A stretch of 30,003 nucleotides of DNA from a virus (IMGVR_UViG_3300001866_000030:1-30003), one strand, 5' to 3'; positions 1-9,536 are shown, numbered from the stretch's first letter. Notes: generated by a model not told the origin, from the sequence alone. Numbers and translations are program-made.

Positions 1-93
1 GTGAGCGCTTTGAATGAACCGAGCCATATTGGAGAGGATGAAAACAGCCGTCATTTATTCACTTGCAGTTTTATTTTTCAATTAAGGAGCTAA
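1..93 (+). CDS. 3' end of tail terminator / minor capsid-3-like protein (partial)
   Basis: Frame 1 reads VSALNEPSHIGEDENSRHLFTCSFIFQLRS*. The P-x-x-IG-x-DE-x-x-R-x-x-F C-terminus is typical of siphophage tail terminators, and it lies before the tail tube gene. Not in the ORF track. Confidence 0.65.
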   Translation: MSALNEPSHIGEDENSRHLFTCSFIFQLRS

Positions 94-97
94 AACG

Positions 98-310
98 ATG
101 ATAAAATCACAAAATAAATTTTGGAAAGAGGTGAGATGCGCCAAGTGCCGATCATTGCTTTGTTTCGAGTATATCTTTGCGGGGCGAATTATGATAAAAT
201 GCAGGAAGTGCGGGGAAATGAATGAGATCAACTATAAAAGCACCAAAAAGGTTTTCGAGCAATCAAACAACGAGGATGAGATGATCATTGATAAGGACGC
301 AACAAAATAG
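98..310 (+). CDS. Mu Com-like C4 zinc-finger protein
   Basis: EVRCAKCRSLL...IMIKCRKCGEMNEI matches the Com-family pattern RCxxCxxLL...IKCxxCxxxN; AAGGAG upstream. Confidence 0.7.
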   Translation: MIKSQNKFWKEVRCAKCRSLLCFEYIFAGRIMIKCRKCGEMNEINYKSTKKVFEQSNNEDEMIIDKDATK

Positions 311-366
311 AGATTTTGGCAAGAGAAATATAATAATTTAAAAACTAGAAAGGTGGTGAAAAACAA

Positions 367-882
367 ATGGCAGATGTAACAAATGTAAAAATTGGCGCTT
401 GTAGCGTTAAATTTAACAGCATTGACCTTGGACACACCAAAGGAGGCGTAACCGTCAACTATTCCCCAGAATATGCGGAAATTACGGTTGATCAACACGG
501 TAACACCCCAGTTGATAAGTCTTTGGTTGGTGAAGTGGTAACAATCACAGTGCCTTTGGCAGAAAGTCAAGTTGCTAACCTTGCGAAAGCAATGCCGTTG
601 GGAACTTTGGCAGGATCAGGCGATGGACGCGTAACCCTTGGAAAGAATGCAGGGGCGAGATTGGGCGCACAAGCGCATCAATTGGTATTGCATCCGTTGG
701 CGAATGCTTCCGACAATCTTGCGGAGGATGTGGTTATCCATAAAGCGGTTGTCCATGGCGAGGTTGAGATCGGATTTAACAACGAGGATGAGAGAATTCT
801 TGAAGTTGAATTTATTGCTTTGGTAGATACTACAAAAGCAGACGGAAACTGGCTTGGATTTATCGGAGACAGCACGGACTAA
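367..882 (+). CDS. Major tail (tube) protein
   Basis: 171 aa with NVKIGA..V, DLGHTKGGV, I.VDQ and a C-terminal V.F.A signature; position before the chaperones and tape measure; AAGGTGGTG upstream. Confidence 0.85.
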   Translation: MADVTNVKIGACSVKFNSIDLGHTKGGVTVNYSPEYAEITVDQHGNTPVDKSLVGEVVTITVPLAESQVANLAKAMPLGTLAGSGDGRVTLGKNAGARLGAQAHQLVLHPLANASDNLAEDVVIHKAVVHGEVEIGFNNEDERILEVEFIALVDTTKADGNWLGFIGDSTD

Positions 883-918
883 TAATTTTTAAAGAGGCAC
901 GCAATTTTTATTGCAAAG

Positions 919-1314
919 ATGCCCAAAATTACTAAAATGAAAATAATCGGACAAACAAAAAAGATCGAGATTAACGGCAAAAAAATCACGATCAAAAAGC
1001 TTTCTTTGAGAAAGATTGCACAACTATTTGAACAAATAAAAAGCTTGCCAAAGGAAATTACCAGCTTGGACACCATGACAAACGACCAAATAATGGAACG
1101 CTTGCCGATGATCCTTGCGGGACTTATGCCAGCGATTGCGGGCATAATCGTGAATGCGGTTGACGACAAAGAAGTTACCGAGGATTTCTTGCTGGATGAG
1201 TGCGGATTGGATGACAATTTGGAACTGATCAAAGGACTTTTTGAAGTCAATAATATTGACAAAATTTTTTTATACCTAAAGTCAATAAAGGGGCTGGCAC
1301 ACAAAGGAAAATAA
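919..1314 (+). CDS. Tail assembly chaperone (gpG-like); true start may be ATG 937
   Basis: Between tail tube and tape measure genes; helical 131-aa protein ending in slippery sequences. Confidence 0.75.
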   Translation: MPKITKMKIIGQTKKIEINGKKITIKKLSLRKIAQLFEQIKSLPKEITSLDTMTNDQIMERLPMILAGLMPAIAGIIVNAVDDKEVTEDFLLDECGLDDNLELIKGLFEVNNIDKIFLYLKSIKGLAHKGK

Positions 1315-1640
1315 GCAAGCCTTTTTTGGAGGAAATGGATGACTTGTTTTTCTTCTTTATTGACACCTTGGCGAGCAATTACCATTGGAGCAAGGACAAA
1401 ATATTGGATGAAGTATGCCTTGATGAGGCAATGGAATATTCTAAACTGATAAAAAAACGACAAATCAATGACTATATAACACAGCTGGCGATTGTTGCGA
1501 ACCCGCACACCAAAAACCCCAAAGCGCTTTTAAAGAGTTTCCAAGAGGAATTGAAAAAAGTTGACAATCGGGGTATAATGGAAACGGAAAGAGATGTTGA
1601 TGCCACGGCAAAACTAAAACAAATCTTTAATCGTAAATAA
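1260..1640 (+). CDS. Tail assembly chaperone extension (gpT-like), probably made by a -1 frameshift
   Basis: The -1 frame is open from 1260 (after TGA 1257-1259) to TAA 1640. It contains the LASNYHWSKDKIL motif typical of gpT-like segments. Confidence 0.7.
   Translation, partial: QNFFIPKVNKGAGTQRKISKPFLEEMDDLFFFFIDTLASNYHWSKDKILDEVCLDEAMEYSKLIKKRQINDYITQLAIVANPHTKNPKALLKSFQEELKKVDNRGIMETERDVDATAKLKQIFNRK
1266..1311 (+). other. Candidate programmed -1 ribosomal frameshift sites
   Basis: In-phase X XXY YYZ heptamers T TTT TTA (1266-1272) and A AAG GGG (1287-1293), plus near-canonical A GGA AAA (1305-1311), all inside the overlap of the two frames. Confidence 0.65.
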
Positions 1641-1650
1641 TCAAAATAAA

Positions 1651-3447
1651 ATGAGTTTAGTTGCTGGCGCAGTAGTCGCAAAATTTAAGTCCGATATAAC
1701 CGAGATGCAAGCAGGCATTTCGGCAGTTAAGCGCGATGTTTCAAACTTAAAATCGGGATTTGCAACGGCGGGCAAGGAAATGGCAAACGCAGGGCAAACC
1801 ATTGCGACAGGGCTTGCAGTGGTTGGCACGGCGATCGGAGCTTTGGCATACCAAGGCGTTAAGCTGGCAGGAAATTTGGAGAGCCAGCGACAAGGATTTA
1901 TTGCCCTTTTGGGAAGTGCGGAAAAAGCCGATGAGGCTTTGGCTATGATCAAAAACGACGCTAAAACAACCCCTTTTGAATTATCGGGGTTGATTGAGGC
2001 TAATAAACTTTTAACGACAGTAACCGAAGATGCCCAAAAATCGGAGCGTTTCTTGTTAAATATCGGTAAGGCTTTGGCGACGGCAGGAAAAGGACAAGCT
2101 GAACTTGACCGCATCATCGTCAACTTGCAACAAATTGGAGCGGTTGGAAAGGCAAGCATGATTGACATTAAGCAGTTTGCTTTTGCTGGAATTCCAATTT
2201 TTAAAATGTTGAAAGAGGAATTGAATGTTACGGGTGAGGAATTGGACGATATGATCGGAAGCGGGGAAATTACTTTTGATTTGCTTGAAAAAATGTTTAA
2301 TAGTGCGGGAGAGGCTGGCGGTAAATTTGCCAACGGCTTTACTTCACAGGCGGGAACTTTTAACCAGTTGATGAGCAACTTGAAAGATAACTTTTCGATC
2401 GCGATGATCGACATTGTAACCAAGACGGGGCTTTTTGATAAAGTCAAGCAGGTGGTTGGCAATCTTGTAAATTGGATCGACGCGCACAAGGACGATATTG
2501 TTATTTGGATACAAAACAGCATTAAAGCCATACAAGATTTTTATAATAAAGCGGTGGAATTTTTTGCCCCGCTGATCAAGGTGATTAAAGATTTCTTTTC
2601 GGAAGTGGAAAACCGCAAGGCGGTATTTATCGGCGTGTTGGTAGCCATGGGATTGATGCTTGTGGCTTTCGTGGTGGGCTTTGTGGTGGCGCATGCGACC
2701 ATCCTTGCCATCTTTGCGGGCATTACGGCGGTTGTGGCGATATTCAAGCGAATGTGGGACAGCAATTGGGGCGGAATTCAAGAAAAAACCCGCGTCGTGG
2801 TGGATGCCATCAAAGCAATTTTCCAAGCCCTAAAGGATTGGTGGAGCAGATACGGCGAGGATATAACCAAAATTACCAAGGGAGCTTTTACGGCTATTTG
2901 GAACATCATCAAAATGGTGGTGGACAATATCTTTTCCACAATCAAGTTTATGTGGCAGATCGTAACGGGAGACTGGAAAGGAGCTTGGGAGACCATGAAA
3001 GGCTTGAGCGAGCGAGGCAAGGGCTATATTGGCAATATCTTCAAAGGCTTGAAAGATGTCGTTACGGGGGCAATTGGCGCGATTGTAACCCATTTTACAA
3101 GCAAGTTTACGGAAATGTGGAATAAAGCCAAAGAGATTGCCGAGAAAATCCGTCATGCCATTGCCAGCGCGTTTGACAAAGATGAAAGAAACAGCCCGTC
3201 GATTGCCGACAGATTGCGGGAGGTGGTTGATTTTTCCAGCAAAACCCTTAAGGGTGTGCAAATACCGCAGTTTTCGGCGAGCATAGCGGGAAACATTGCC
3301 GATGTGGCGGGATCTTTCCAAATGGGAAGTTTCGAGCCATCCAGCGCGCGAGTTATTAACCAATACATTAACGCGGAAGTTAAGGACGGTTTGGATGTGG
3401 ACACCTTGGCGGAGCGTTTGGCTTTTAAATTTAGAAACGAAAAATAA
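1651..3447 (+). CDS. Tail tape measure protein
   Basis: 598 aa, Ala/Gly-rich helical. LLGSAEKA..L..I...AKTTPF tape-measure domain, central hydrophobic segments, Trp-spaced repeats (GDWKGAWE). Confidence 0.93.
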   Translation: MSLVAGAVVAKFKSDITEMQAGISAVKRDVSNLKSGFATAGKEMANAGQTIATGLAVVGTAIGALAYQGVKLAGNLESQRQGFIALLGSAEKADEALAMIKNDAKTTPFELSGLIEANKLLTTVTEDAQKSERFLLNIGKALATAGKGQAELDRIIVNLQQIGAVGKASMIDIKQFAFAGIPIFKMLKEELNVTGEELDDMIGSGEITFDLLEKMFNSAGEAGGKFANGFTSQAGTFNQLMSNLKDNFSIAMIDIVTKTGLFDKVKQVVGNLVNWIDAHKDDIVIWIQNSIKAIQDFYNKAVEFFAPLIKVIKDFFSEVENRKAVFIGVLVAMGLMLVAFVVGFVVAHATILAIFAGITAVVAIFKRMWDSNWGGIQEKTRVVVDAIKAIFQALKDWWSRYGEDITKITKGAFTAIWNIIKMVVDNIFSTIKFMWQIVTGDWKGAWETMKGLSERGKGYIGNIFKGLKDVVTGAIGAIVTHFTSKFTEMWNKAKEIAEKIRHAIASAFDKDERNSPSIADRLREVVDFSSKTLKGVQIPQFSASIAGNIADVAGSFQMGSFEPSSARVINQYINAEVKDGLDVDTLAERLAFKFRNEK

Positions 3448-3448
3448 A

Positions 3449-4309
3449 ATGATTACGCAAATAAAATTAAAATACGATCAACCCAAAGACGGAAGTTATT
3501 ATTTGATCATCGGGACTTATGCCAGCGGTTATTTATTCAGTTTGCTTGAGGGCTTTGATTTCCCGCAGGCGAGGATTGACATTAAAGACAAGGGAAACAG
3601 CCACGGCGCGGTTTTGGGGTCAAAGCACTATGGCAGGCGCATAATGAGGGTTGAGGGCGAAATTATCGCGTCCAGCGAGGCGGAATTTGAGACCAAGCGC
3701 AAGAATTTGGTTGAGGCGTGCGCTTTGCACAATGGATTGAAAGACATCATCATTACCACGCGGGAGGGATTGGAGTTGACCGTGGATGCGATCGTGAATG
3801 TGAAGCCCGAATTGCCCTATAAAAAAGGCGGGATGATCCGCGGTGAATTTAGGCTTGAATTTGTTGCCCCTTTCCCCTTTTTCCAGTCAACGACCGAACA
3901 AAGCGAAACGGTGGAGGTTTACACGGGAGGCGGTGGCGAAGTGCCAAGCGCAATCCCTTTTGCCATGACAGCGGGAGGCGGGACAGCCCAAACGGTAGAA
4001 AACGGCGGGAATGTCTTTGCTTATCCAGTCATTAAGATTTACGGGGAAATTGAAAACCCGAGCCTTTTGAATGAAACGACGGGCGAAAGTTTCAGTTTGA
4101 CCTATGCTTTGGGGGCGGGCAGATACATTGAAATTGATGTTTTAAATAGGACGGTGAAACTGGACGACGACACCAACTTGTTGCAATATTTTTCGGGCGA
4201 CTGGATCACAATTGCCACGGGTGAAAATATCTTGAAATTGACAGGGACAAACCCGAGCGCCAGCGCCGAGGCGATCATTGATTTTGCCGATAATTATTTG
4301 GGAATATAA
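3449..4309 (+). CDS. Distal tail protein (Dit)
   Basis: ATG 3449 directly follows the tape measure stop. YGRR.M.V.G.I, F.APFPFF, N.G.V.AYPVI.I.G, I.TGEN.L motifs of siphophage Dit proteins. Confidence 0.85.
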   Translation: MITQIKLKYDQPKDGSYYLIIGTYASGYLFSLLEGFDFPQARIDIKDKGNSHGAVLGSKHYGRRIMRVEGEIIASSEAEFETKRKNLVEACALHNGLKDIIITTREGLELTVDAIVNVKPELPYKKGGMIRGEFRLEFVAPFPFFQSTTEQSETVEVYTGGGGEVPSAIPFAMTAGGGTAQTVENGGNVFAYPVIKIYGEIENPSLLNETTGESFSLTYALGAGRYIEIDVLNRTVKLDDDTNLLQYFSGDWITIATGENILKLTGTNPSASAEAIIDFADNYLGI

Positions 4310-4312
4310 AAA

Positions 4313-5350
4313 ATGCAATTCAGAGCGGTTATACAAAATGGAGACGCAAGCGAGAAATGGGAGATCCCCTTTTCGTCTTTTTCTTTTTCCGAGGAATTGA
4401 ACAATGACCGAAGCGCGACCGTTTCGTTTGACCGCCAAACATTGCGGGAGATAAGCGAAAAATACGGCAAAAGCCCGATCTATGTCTTGAGCAACACTTA
4501 TCGGGAAATTTACATTTATGACGAGAATGACAATTTGATTTATGGCGGTTACATTGCCGATTTGCAATTTTCAAGGGGAAACAGCGAGGAGGGAAACATG
4601 ACCGTTGCATCAAAAGGCTTTTTTTCACTGCTAAACAAGCGCTTTACCAATAATTTAAGGGAGTATTCCAGCCAAGATTTGAGCGATATTGCTTGGGATT
4701 TGATCAATTACACGCAGGGCTTGACTTATGGCAATTTTGGTATAACGAGGGGCGCAGATCCGACCACAAGAAGCGCCGACCGAACTTTTCAATACAAAAA
4801 TATTGCCGAGGCGATCGAGGGAATGAGCAACAAAGAAACCAAGGACGGCTTTGATTTTGAGATTACCAACGCCAAAGTTTTCAATGTCTATTATCCGAAC
4901 AAAGACAGCGTGAAAAGAAACATCGTTTTGGAAAACGGGCATAACATTATAAATTACAACATCCGCAAGCCTTTCATTGACGCAATGGCAAACCAAGTGA
5001 TCGTTTATGGGGACGGAATGGGAGAGGATGCTTTGATTGAAACGAGAGACGCGGAGAATGCCTTTAAAAACGCTTTCTTTTTGCTTCAAGATACTTTGAG
5101 CGAGAAAGATGTGCGGTTGGTGGCTACTTTGCAGGCGAAAGGCGACAGATATTTGGACAAAAACAAATACCCGCAAATGCAAGTCAATGTTACTTGCGAT
5201 TATGATGTGGTGGATTATAACAGTTTTTCACTTGGCGATTGGGTGAAATTGAAGATTGCCGATTGGAGCATTGATGCGCTTTATCGGGTAGTGAAAAGGA
5301 CAGTCAACGAAAAAGGAGATATTTTTTTAACCCTTGATCCAACAATATAA
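4313..5350 (+). CDS. Baseplate hub / Tal-like minor tail protein (ReqiPepy6 Gp37-like)
   Basis: Follows Dit; ANQVIVYGDG.G and FSLGDWV motifs of hub proteins. Confidence 0.75.
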   Translation: MQFRAVIQNGDASEKWEIPFSSFSFSEELNNDRSATVSFDRQTLREISEKYGKSPIYVLSNTYREIYIYDENDNLIYGGYIADLQFSRGNSEEGNMTVASKGFFSLLNKRFTNNLREYSSQDLSDIAWDLINYTQGLTYGNFGITRGADPTTRSADRTFQYKNIAEAIEGMSNKETKDGFDFEITNAKVFNVYYPNKDSVKRNIVLENGHNIINYNIRKPFIDAMANQVIVYGDGMGEDALIETRDAENAFKNAFFLLQDTLSEKDVRLVATLQAKGDRYLDKNKYPQMQVNVTCDYDVVDYNSFSLGDWVKLKIADWSIDALYRVVKRTVNEKGDIFLTLDPTI

Positions 5351-5351
5351 A

Positions 5352-5561
5352 ATGAACGAAAATGACATCATCCAAATTTTAAGAAATTTGAAAAGGCGCG
5401 TCGATATTTTGGAGGCACGCCAATTTGAAGTTGTCAATGGGGTGGTTTATGTGGGAGACAAAGACGGAAATGTGATAATTGACGGCGACAACAAGCGCAT
5501 TTTAATCAATGACGGGACAAATAACAGGGTATTGATCGGCTATGGGGCAGGTTTATTTTAA
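5352..5561 (+). CDS. Small tail-tip protein (coiled coil plus beta strands)
   Basis: ATG 5352 right after the hub stop; LKRRVDILEAR coiled coil, then a NNRVLIG beta motif. Confidence 0.55.
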   Translation: MNENDIIQILRNLKRRVDILEARQFEVVNGVVYVGDKDGNVIIDGDNKRILINDGTNNRVLIGYGAGLF

Positions 5562-5572
5562 GCAAAATTTTT

Positions 5573-6409
5573 ATGGCGGACTTTGGGGCTTTAGTAACAT
5601 TGAAAGGTTATGATGCCGAAAATTGCCCAGATCGATTTTTGGCTTTTTCATCGTCCTTTCAAAATTTAAAAACCTTTTCCCGTTATAGCGTTTCGGTTAC
5701 AATCCCGACGGCTGGCAACATCAACACAATCACAATTAACCATAATTTGGGAGATTTTGCCCCTTTCTTTGTGGTTTACAACGACACCAGCAACGACAAG
5801 GCTTATTTTATGAGCGGGAAAAACGGCTATACTTTGCACAATTTTATCCGCCAATATGCCAATAAGCTTGAGATTGATGTTGACGGCGATTATGCGAGTT
5901 GGTTTGGAAGCGCAGGGCAAACGGCATATTTTACGGTTTACTTGTTTTTGGATGATTTTGCCACGGTAAGCGAGGAAATATTGAGCGAGGCGGGAAGCGC
6001 GGGAGCAAGCGGGAATGATTACGGCATCCGAGTTTCAAAGGACGGGTTTGATGTGGATAATTGCACCGACGATCAATTGGCGTTTTCATCTTCCTTTTTT
6101 ACGGCGCTTGTCAATCAAAAAGGGATTGACGACGCGGGCGGAGCTTCAACAATTTTGCACGGTTTGGGCTATATCCCCAGCGCGCTTGCTTATGGGCAAA
6201 GGGACGGCGATGATTTCATTAAAATGGCAGAGGGTATGCCCTATTATTTGAACCCTATTTTTGGCGGACGCACTGGCTTATTTTACAGCGTGAGCGATGA
6301 AAGCTTGTTTATGGGGTATAATGACCTTGACATGGTGGAATTTTCGGCATACTGGCGCACGGATTACACATTTTATTATTTAATTTTTAAGCAACGAGCA
6401 GATGGGTGA
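5573..6409 (+). CDS. Tail-associated protein with two copies of a beta-rich domain
   Basis: DFGALVTLKGYDA..C.D..LAFSSSF...HNLGDFAP and DYGIRVSKDGFDV..C.D..LAFSSSF...HGLGYIP repeats. Confidence 0.6.
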   Translation: MADFGALVTLKGYDAENCPDRFLAFSSSFQNLKTFSRYSVSVTIPTAGNINTITINHNLGDFAPFFVVYNDTSNDKAYFMSGKNGYTLHNFIRQYANKLEIDVDGDYASWFGSAGQTAYFTVYLFLDDFATVSEEILSEAGSAGASGNDYGIRVSKDGFDVDNCTDDQLAFSSSFFTALVNQKGIDDAGGASTILHGLGYIPSALAYGQRDGDDFIKMAEGMPYYLNPIFGGRTGLFYSVSDESLFMGYNDLDMVEFSAYWRTDYTFYYLIFKQRADG

Positions 6410-6797
6410 TTGGGGATTTAGAATTTCAGAGAAAGGCGCGGAAGTGCTAACAGGCGACGACAAAGAAATGGCGTTTACTTCAAAATATGCGCTTTTTAAG
6501 GGTAGCACCAGCGGAACGGGACAAACAACCGTCTCGAGCGGAAACACCAACACCGTAACGATTGCGCACGGGCTTGATTACATCCCGAAAGTGCGGGCTT
6601 ATGCCGATGTTGCGTATAGCGGGTTTGCAGAATTACCCGTTTATGGTAGAATTACAGTGTTGGAAGATTATCAATGTTGGTGTTATGCGGACGCAACGAA
6701 TATTTACTTGAAATTTTACTATTTGGACGGCGAGGGAGGCGGAAACCACACATTTAATTACAAATATTTTTTATATAAAGACAAAGGAAAACTATGA
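6402..6797 (+). CDS. Tail-associated protein, third copy of the same domain
   Basis: DWGFRISEKGAEV...D..MAFTSKY...IAHGLDYIP; overlaps the previous stop. Confidence 0.6.
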   Translation: MGDWGFRISEKGAEVLTGDDKEMAFTSKYALFKGSTSGTGQTTVSSGNTNTVTIAHGLDYIPKVRAYADVAYSGFAELPVYGRITVLEDYQCWCYADATNIYLKFYYLDGEGGGNHTFNYKYFLYKDKGKL

Positions 6798-7087
6798 TTT
6801 TATTCTACAATAAAATTGACGGGCGAATTTTTGGGACAATTGATGGGCGCGTGCATAACCGCGAGCAATTGAAAATGTATGTTTCCCAAGATCCGAAAAT
6901 GGAAATTGGCAAATATGTCATCGGTTTTTTGGAGGGAGAAAAGGGAGAAAGAATGGGGCAAAATCTTGATAAAATGAGCCTTTTGGAAAAATTTGAGGAT
7001 ATAACCCCCGAAAGTCCCCTTGATTACAAGGTGGATGTTGAAACGGGCGAACTTATAAAAATACAAAACGAAAAATTAAATAGTTAA
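6794..7087 (+). CDS. Hypothetical protein, possible tail fibre assembly factor
   Basis: ATGA overlap with the previous gene; MILFYNKIDGRI...YKVDVETGEL pattern; tail cluster position. Confidence 0.5.
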   Translation: MILFYNKIDGRIFGTIDGRVHNREQLKMYVSQDPKMEIGKYVIGFLEGEKGERMGQNLDKMSLLEKFEDITPESPLDYKVDVETGELIKIQNEKLNS

Positions 7088-7101
7088 ATTCTTTCAAAAA
7101 A

Positions 7102-8535
7102 ATGAGTGCTACATTACAAACAATGCGATCGGGCGGATCGCAACACCCCGAGGAAATAATGAATTTCCACACCAGCCGAATTGTCAAAGGCGTGGGAGGG
7201 ATTTTTGACAGTGTTGCAGGTAGTTTTTTGGTGAGTGAGGAAGCCGTGCCAGCCATGAGCGTGTTGGTGGCGGAGGGTTATGCTTTTATCAGAAAAGCCA
7301 GCGACGACATGGTTTATCCCGTGAGACTTTATGATGGAGACAAAAGTGTGGCGATTTCTTCAAATTCCAGCGGTAACACCCGAATTGATGCAATCGTGCT
7401 TTATGTTGATTTGGGAGCGAGCGCCAATGCGGATATTACCAATGTTGCGAAAATTGTTGTGGTTGAGGGAACACCAAGCGCCACACCGAGCGCACCAAGC
7501 AATGGAGATATTGAGACAGCAATTGGAGCAAGCAACCCATATTTGAGGATTGCGGATGTTTCAGTTGCCAATGGGGAAACGGCGATTTTGGATGCCGACA
7601 TTACCGATCAAAGAAGTGAAGTTTTGTTTGTTTCTAATGGGACACCGACGGCGGACGGGGATGTGGCAAATAAAAAGTATGTTGATGATGAGATAACGAG
7701 CGCGGTTGATGTGGACGGGCTAATAGAAAAAACAACCCCAGTTGACGCAGATTTATTCAAGCTATGGGATAGTGTTGCGGGCGCTTTTAAAAAATTGACT
7801 TGGGCTAATGTAAAGGCAACATTAAAAACATATTTTGATGCTATTTATCCACAAGTTGATGGGTGGGTTGCATCAAGTGGGACTTGGTCGGCTTCCGATG
7901 CCAATACAATTTCCATCGCATCCTTAGACTTGACGGGCGTATTAAAAAAAGGCGACAAGATAAAAGTTACAAACAATAGCGCGGTAAAATATTTTTATAT
8001 TTCAACTACACCAGCGTTTTCAACGAATACAACTTTTGATGTTGCTGGCGAAGTTGATTTGGTGGCAGGGGCAATCACACTTCCAAATTATTCAAAAATG
8101 GCAAACCCACAAGGATTTCCAGAACTTCCTTTTGGTAAAATAGTGAGATCTTCAGCGCAATCCATAAATAACGCGTCTTTTACCATAGTAGCTTGCAATT
8201 CTTCGGAAATAGCATCGGGGGGGATAACAGTTGATACCACCAACAACCGCATAACGATAAAAACAGCGGGAATATATTTGTTAACAGCACGATTGCAATT
8301 TACAGATAATGCAGGAGGAACAACAAGATATATTGCTATTGCAAAAAATGGAACAGGGGAATATATTGCGCCAATACATGTCCCGCAAGATGGTGGAGGT
8401 AGGGGTTATGTGCATACAGCTTCTTTAAAAAACTTAGCAAAAGGAGATTATCTCCAAGTTAGATGTTATCAAGACGCAGGTGGAGCAATAAATTTGTTAA
8501 ACGCAGAAGTGAGCGCCGTATTTGTAAGCCCTTAA
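7102..8535 (+). CDS. Tail fibre / receptor-binding protein with C1q-like C-terminal head
   Basis: N-terminal baseplate-anchoring region (MSVLVAEGYA, NTRIDAIV..VD, ITDQR), ANKKYVD and KKLTWANVKATLK shaft motifs, and C-terminal ITIKTAGIY.L / L.KGDYLQV jelly-roll signature. Confidence 0.75.
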   Translation: MSATLQTMRSGGSQHPEEIMNFHTSRIVKGVGGIFDSVAGSFLVSEEAVPAMSVLVAEGYAFIRKASDDMVYPVRLYDGDKSVAISSNSSGNTRIDAIVLYVDLGASANADITNVAKIVVVEGTPSATPSAPSNGDIETAIGASNPYLRIADVSVANGETAILDADITDQRSEVLFVSNGTPTADGDVANKKYVDDEITSAVDVDGLIEKTTPVDADLFKLWDSVAGAFKKLTWANVKATLKTYFDAIYPQVDGWVASSGTWSASDANTISIASLDLTGVLKKGDKIKVTNNSAVKYFYISTTPAFSTNTTFDVAGEVDLVAGAITLPNYSKMANPQGFPELPFGKIVRSSAQSINNASFTIVACNSSEIASGGITVDTTNNRITIKTAGIYLLTARLQFTDNAGGTTRYIAIAKNGTGEYIAPIHVPQDGGGRGYVHTASLKNLAKGDYLQVRCYQDAGGAINLLNAEVSAVFVSP

Positions 8536-8545
8536 AAACAAAAAT

Positions 8546-9208
8546 ATGAAAATCCAACTACCAGTCATACAATCGCAAAAAGACAGCCGATGGGGATCAA
8601 AACTTATCAAGGCGGGCGTTTCTATTGGCGATTATGGTTGCTTGGCAACTTGCCAATCAATGGTTGTTAATTATTACGGAATGAATGAGACCCCCGAGGA
8701 ATTGGTGGGAAAAATCAACGCCAAAAATGGCTACACTAGCGCGGGAGAGTATTATTGGGGCAAGATAGTGGATATTTACAAGGATATTGACTTAAAAGAG
8801 CGCTACAAGCGGACAAATTATGTTTTGACCGACACCGACATCAATACCATCAAAAGGGCAATTGACGCAGGATTTCCCGTGATGGTTTGGCTTGATTACA
8901 ACCCAAAAACTACCAAATCAGACATGCATTGGGTTTTAATTATTGGTTATGATCCGAATGACGAAAACAATTTTACGATTGCCGACCCGATTGACGGAAC
9001 GGAAAAGAGCCTTAAAAAATATTTAGGATGGTTTAAGCCGAGCGCAAGACGCACGCTTGAGGCTTATGTGATTTATGAGGGCAAGCACAAAGGCGCGGGT
9101 GAGTGCCTAAATTGTGATAAATACAAAGCGGAAAATGAAGCACTAACCAAACGAGTAAAAAGCTTGGAAAATAAAATTAACGAAGCCATAAAATTATTAA
9201 AATCTTAA
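8546..9208 (+). CDS. Endolysin candidate, peptidase C39-like cysteine peptidase
   Basis: SQKDSRW, YGCLAT (catalytic Cys), MHWVLIIG (His), IADP (Asp); C-terminal coiled coil; position after the tail genes and before membrane proteins. Confidence 0.8.
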   Translation: MKIQLPVIQSQKDSRWGSKLIKAGVSIGDYGCLATCQSMVVNYYGMNETPEELVGKINAKNGYTSAGEYYWGKIVDIYKDIDLKERYKRTNYVLTDTDINTIKRAIDAGFPVMVWLDYNPKTTKSDMHWVLIIGYDPNDENNFTIADPIDGTEKSLKKYLGWFKPSARRTLEAYVIYEGKHKGAGECLNCDKYKAENEALTKRVKSLENKINEAIKLLKS

Positions 9209-9233
9209 TCAGCTTTTTAGCCCTAAAAACAAA

Positions 9234-9536
9234 ATGGAATATGTAAGCTTGCAGTTGTTTTTTTGGGTGATAGGGGCGATGGTTGCAGTTTCTTCCGCGT
9301 TGATCGGTTATTGGATTAAAGAGATCCGAGGCATAGGCAACAGCCTTGATGCGCACAAAACCGATGATGAAAAAGAGTTTTACAAAGGACAACGGGAAAA
9401 TGACGGGGAACATGCGCGACTTGAGCAACTTATACACCTAAAAACCAGCGTCATTGAACAATCTTTTGCAAAAATGGAAACAAAATTGGACTTCATCGTT
9501 GACAGCATCCGCAAAATCAGCGAAAAAGACCGCTAA
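9234..9536 (+). CDS. Holin-like protein (N-terminal TM helix plus coiled coil)
   Basis: Hydrophobic residues ~5-29, charged helical tail, lysis cassette position. Confidence 0.55.
   Translation: MEYVSLQLFFWVIGAMVAVSSALIGYWIKEIRGIGNSLDAHKTDDEKEFYKGQRENDGEHARLEQLIHLKTSVIEQSFAKMETKLDFIVDSIRKISEKDR

Noticed and set aside
3296-3448. Long upstream starts in the ORF track (3296, 5334, 16045, 18789, 19146, 20872, 26099)
   Set aside because: They overlap upstream genes, promoters or RNA structure; downstream ATGs with A-rich leaders (3449, 5352, 16093, 18864, 19194, 20929, 26198) fit better.
5573-8535. Diversity-generating retroelement targeting tail genes
   Set aside because: No reverse transcriptase and no near-identical TR/VR nucleotide pair seen; the repeats are old protein-level paralogy.
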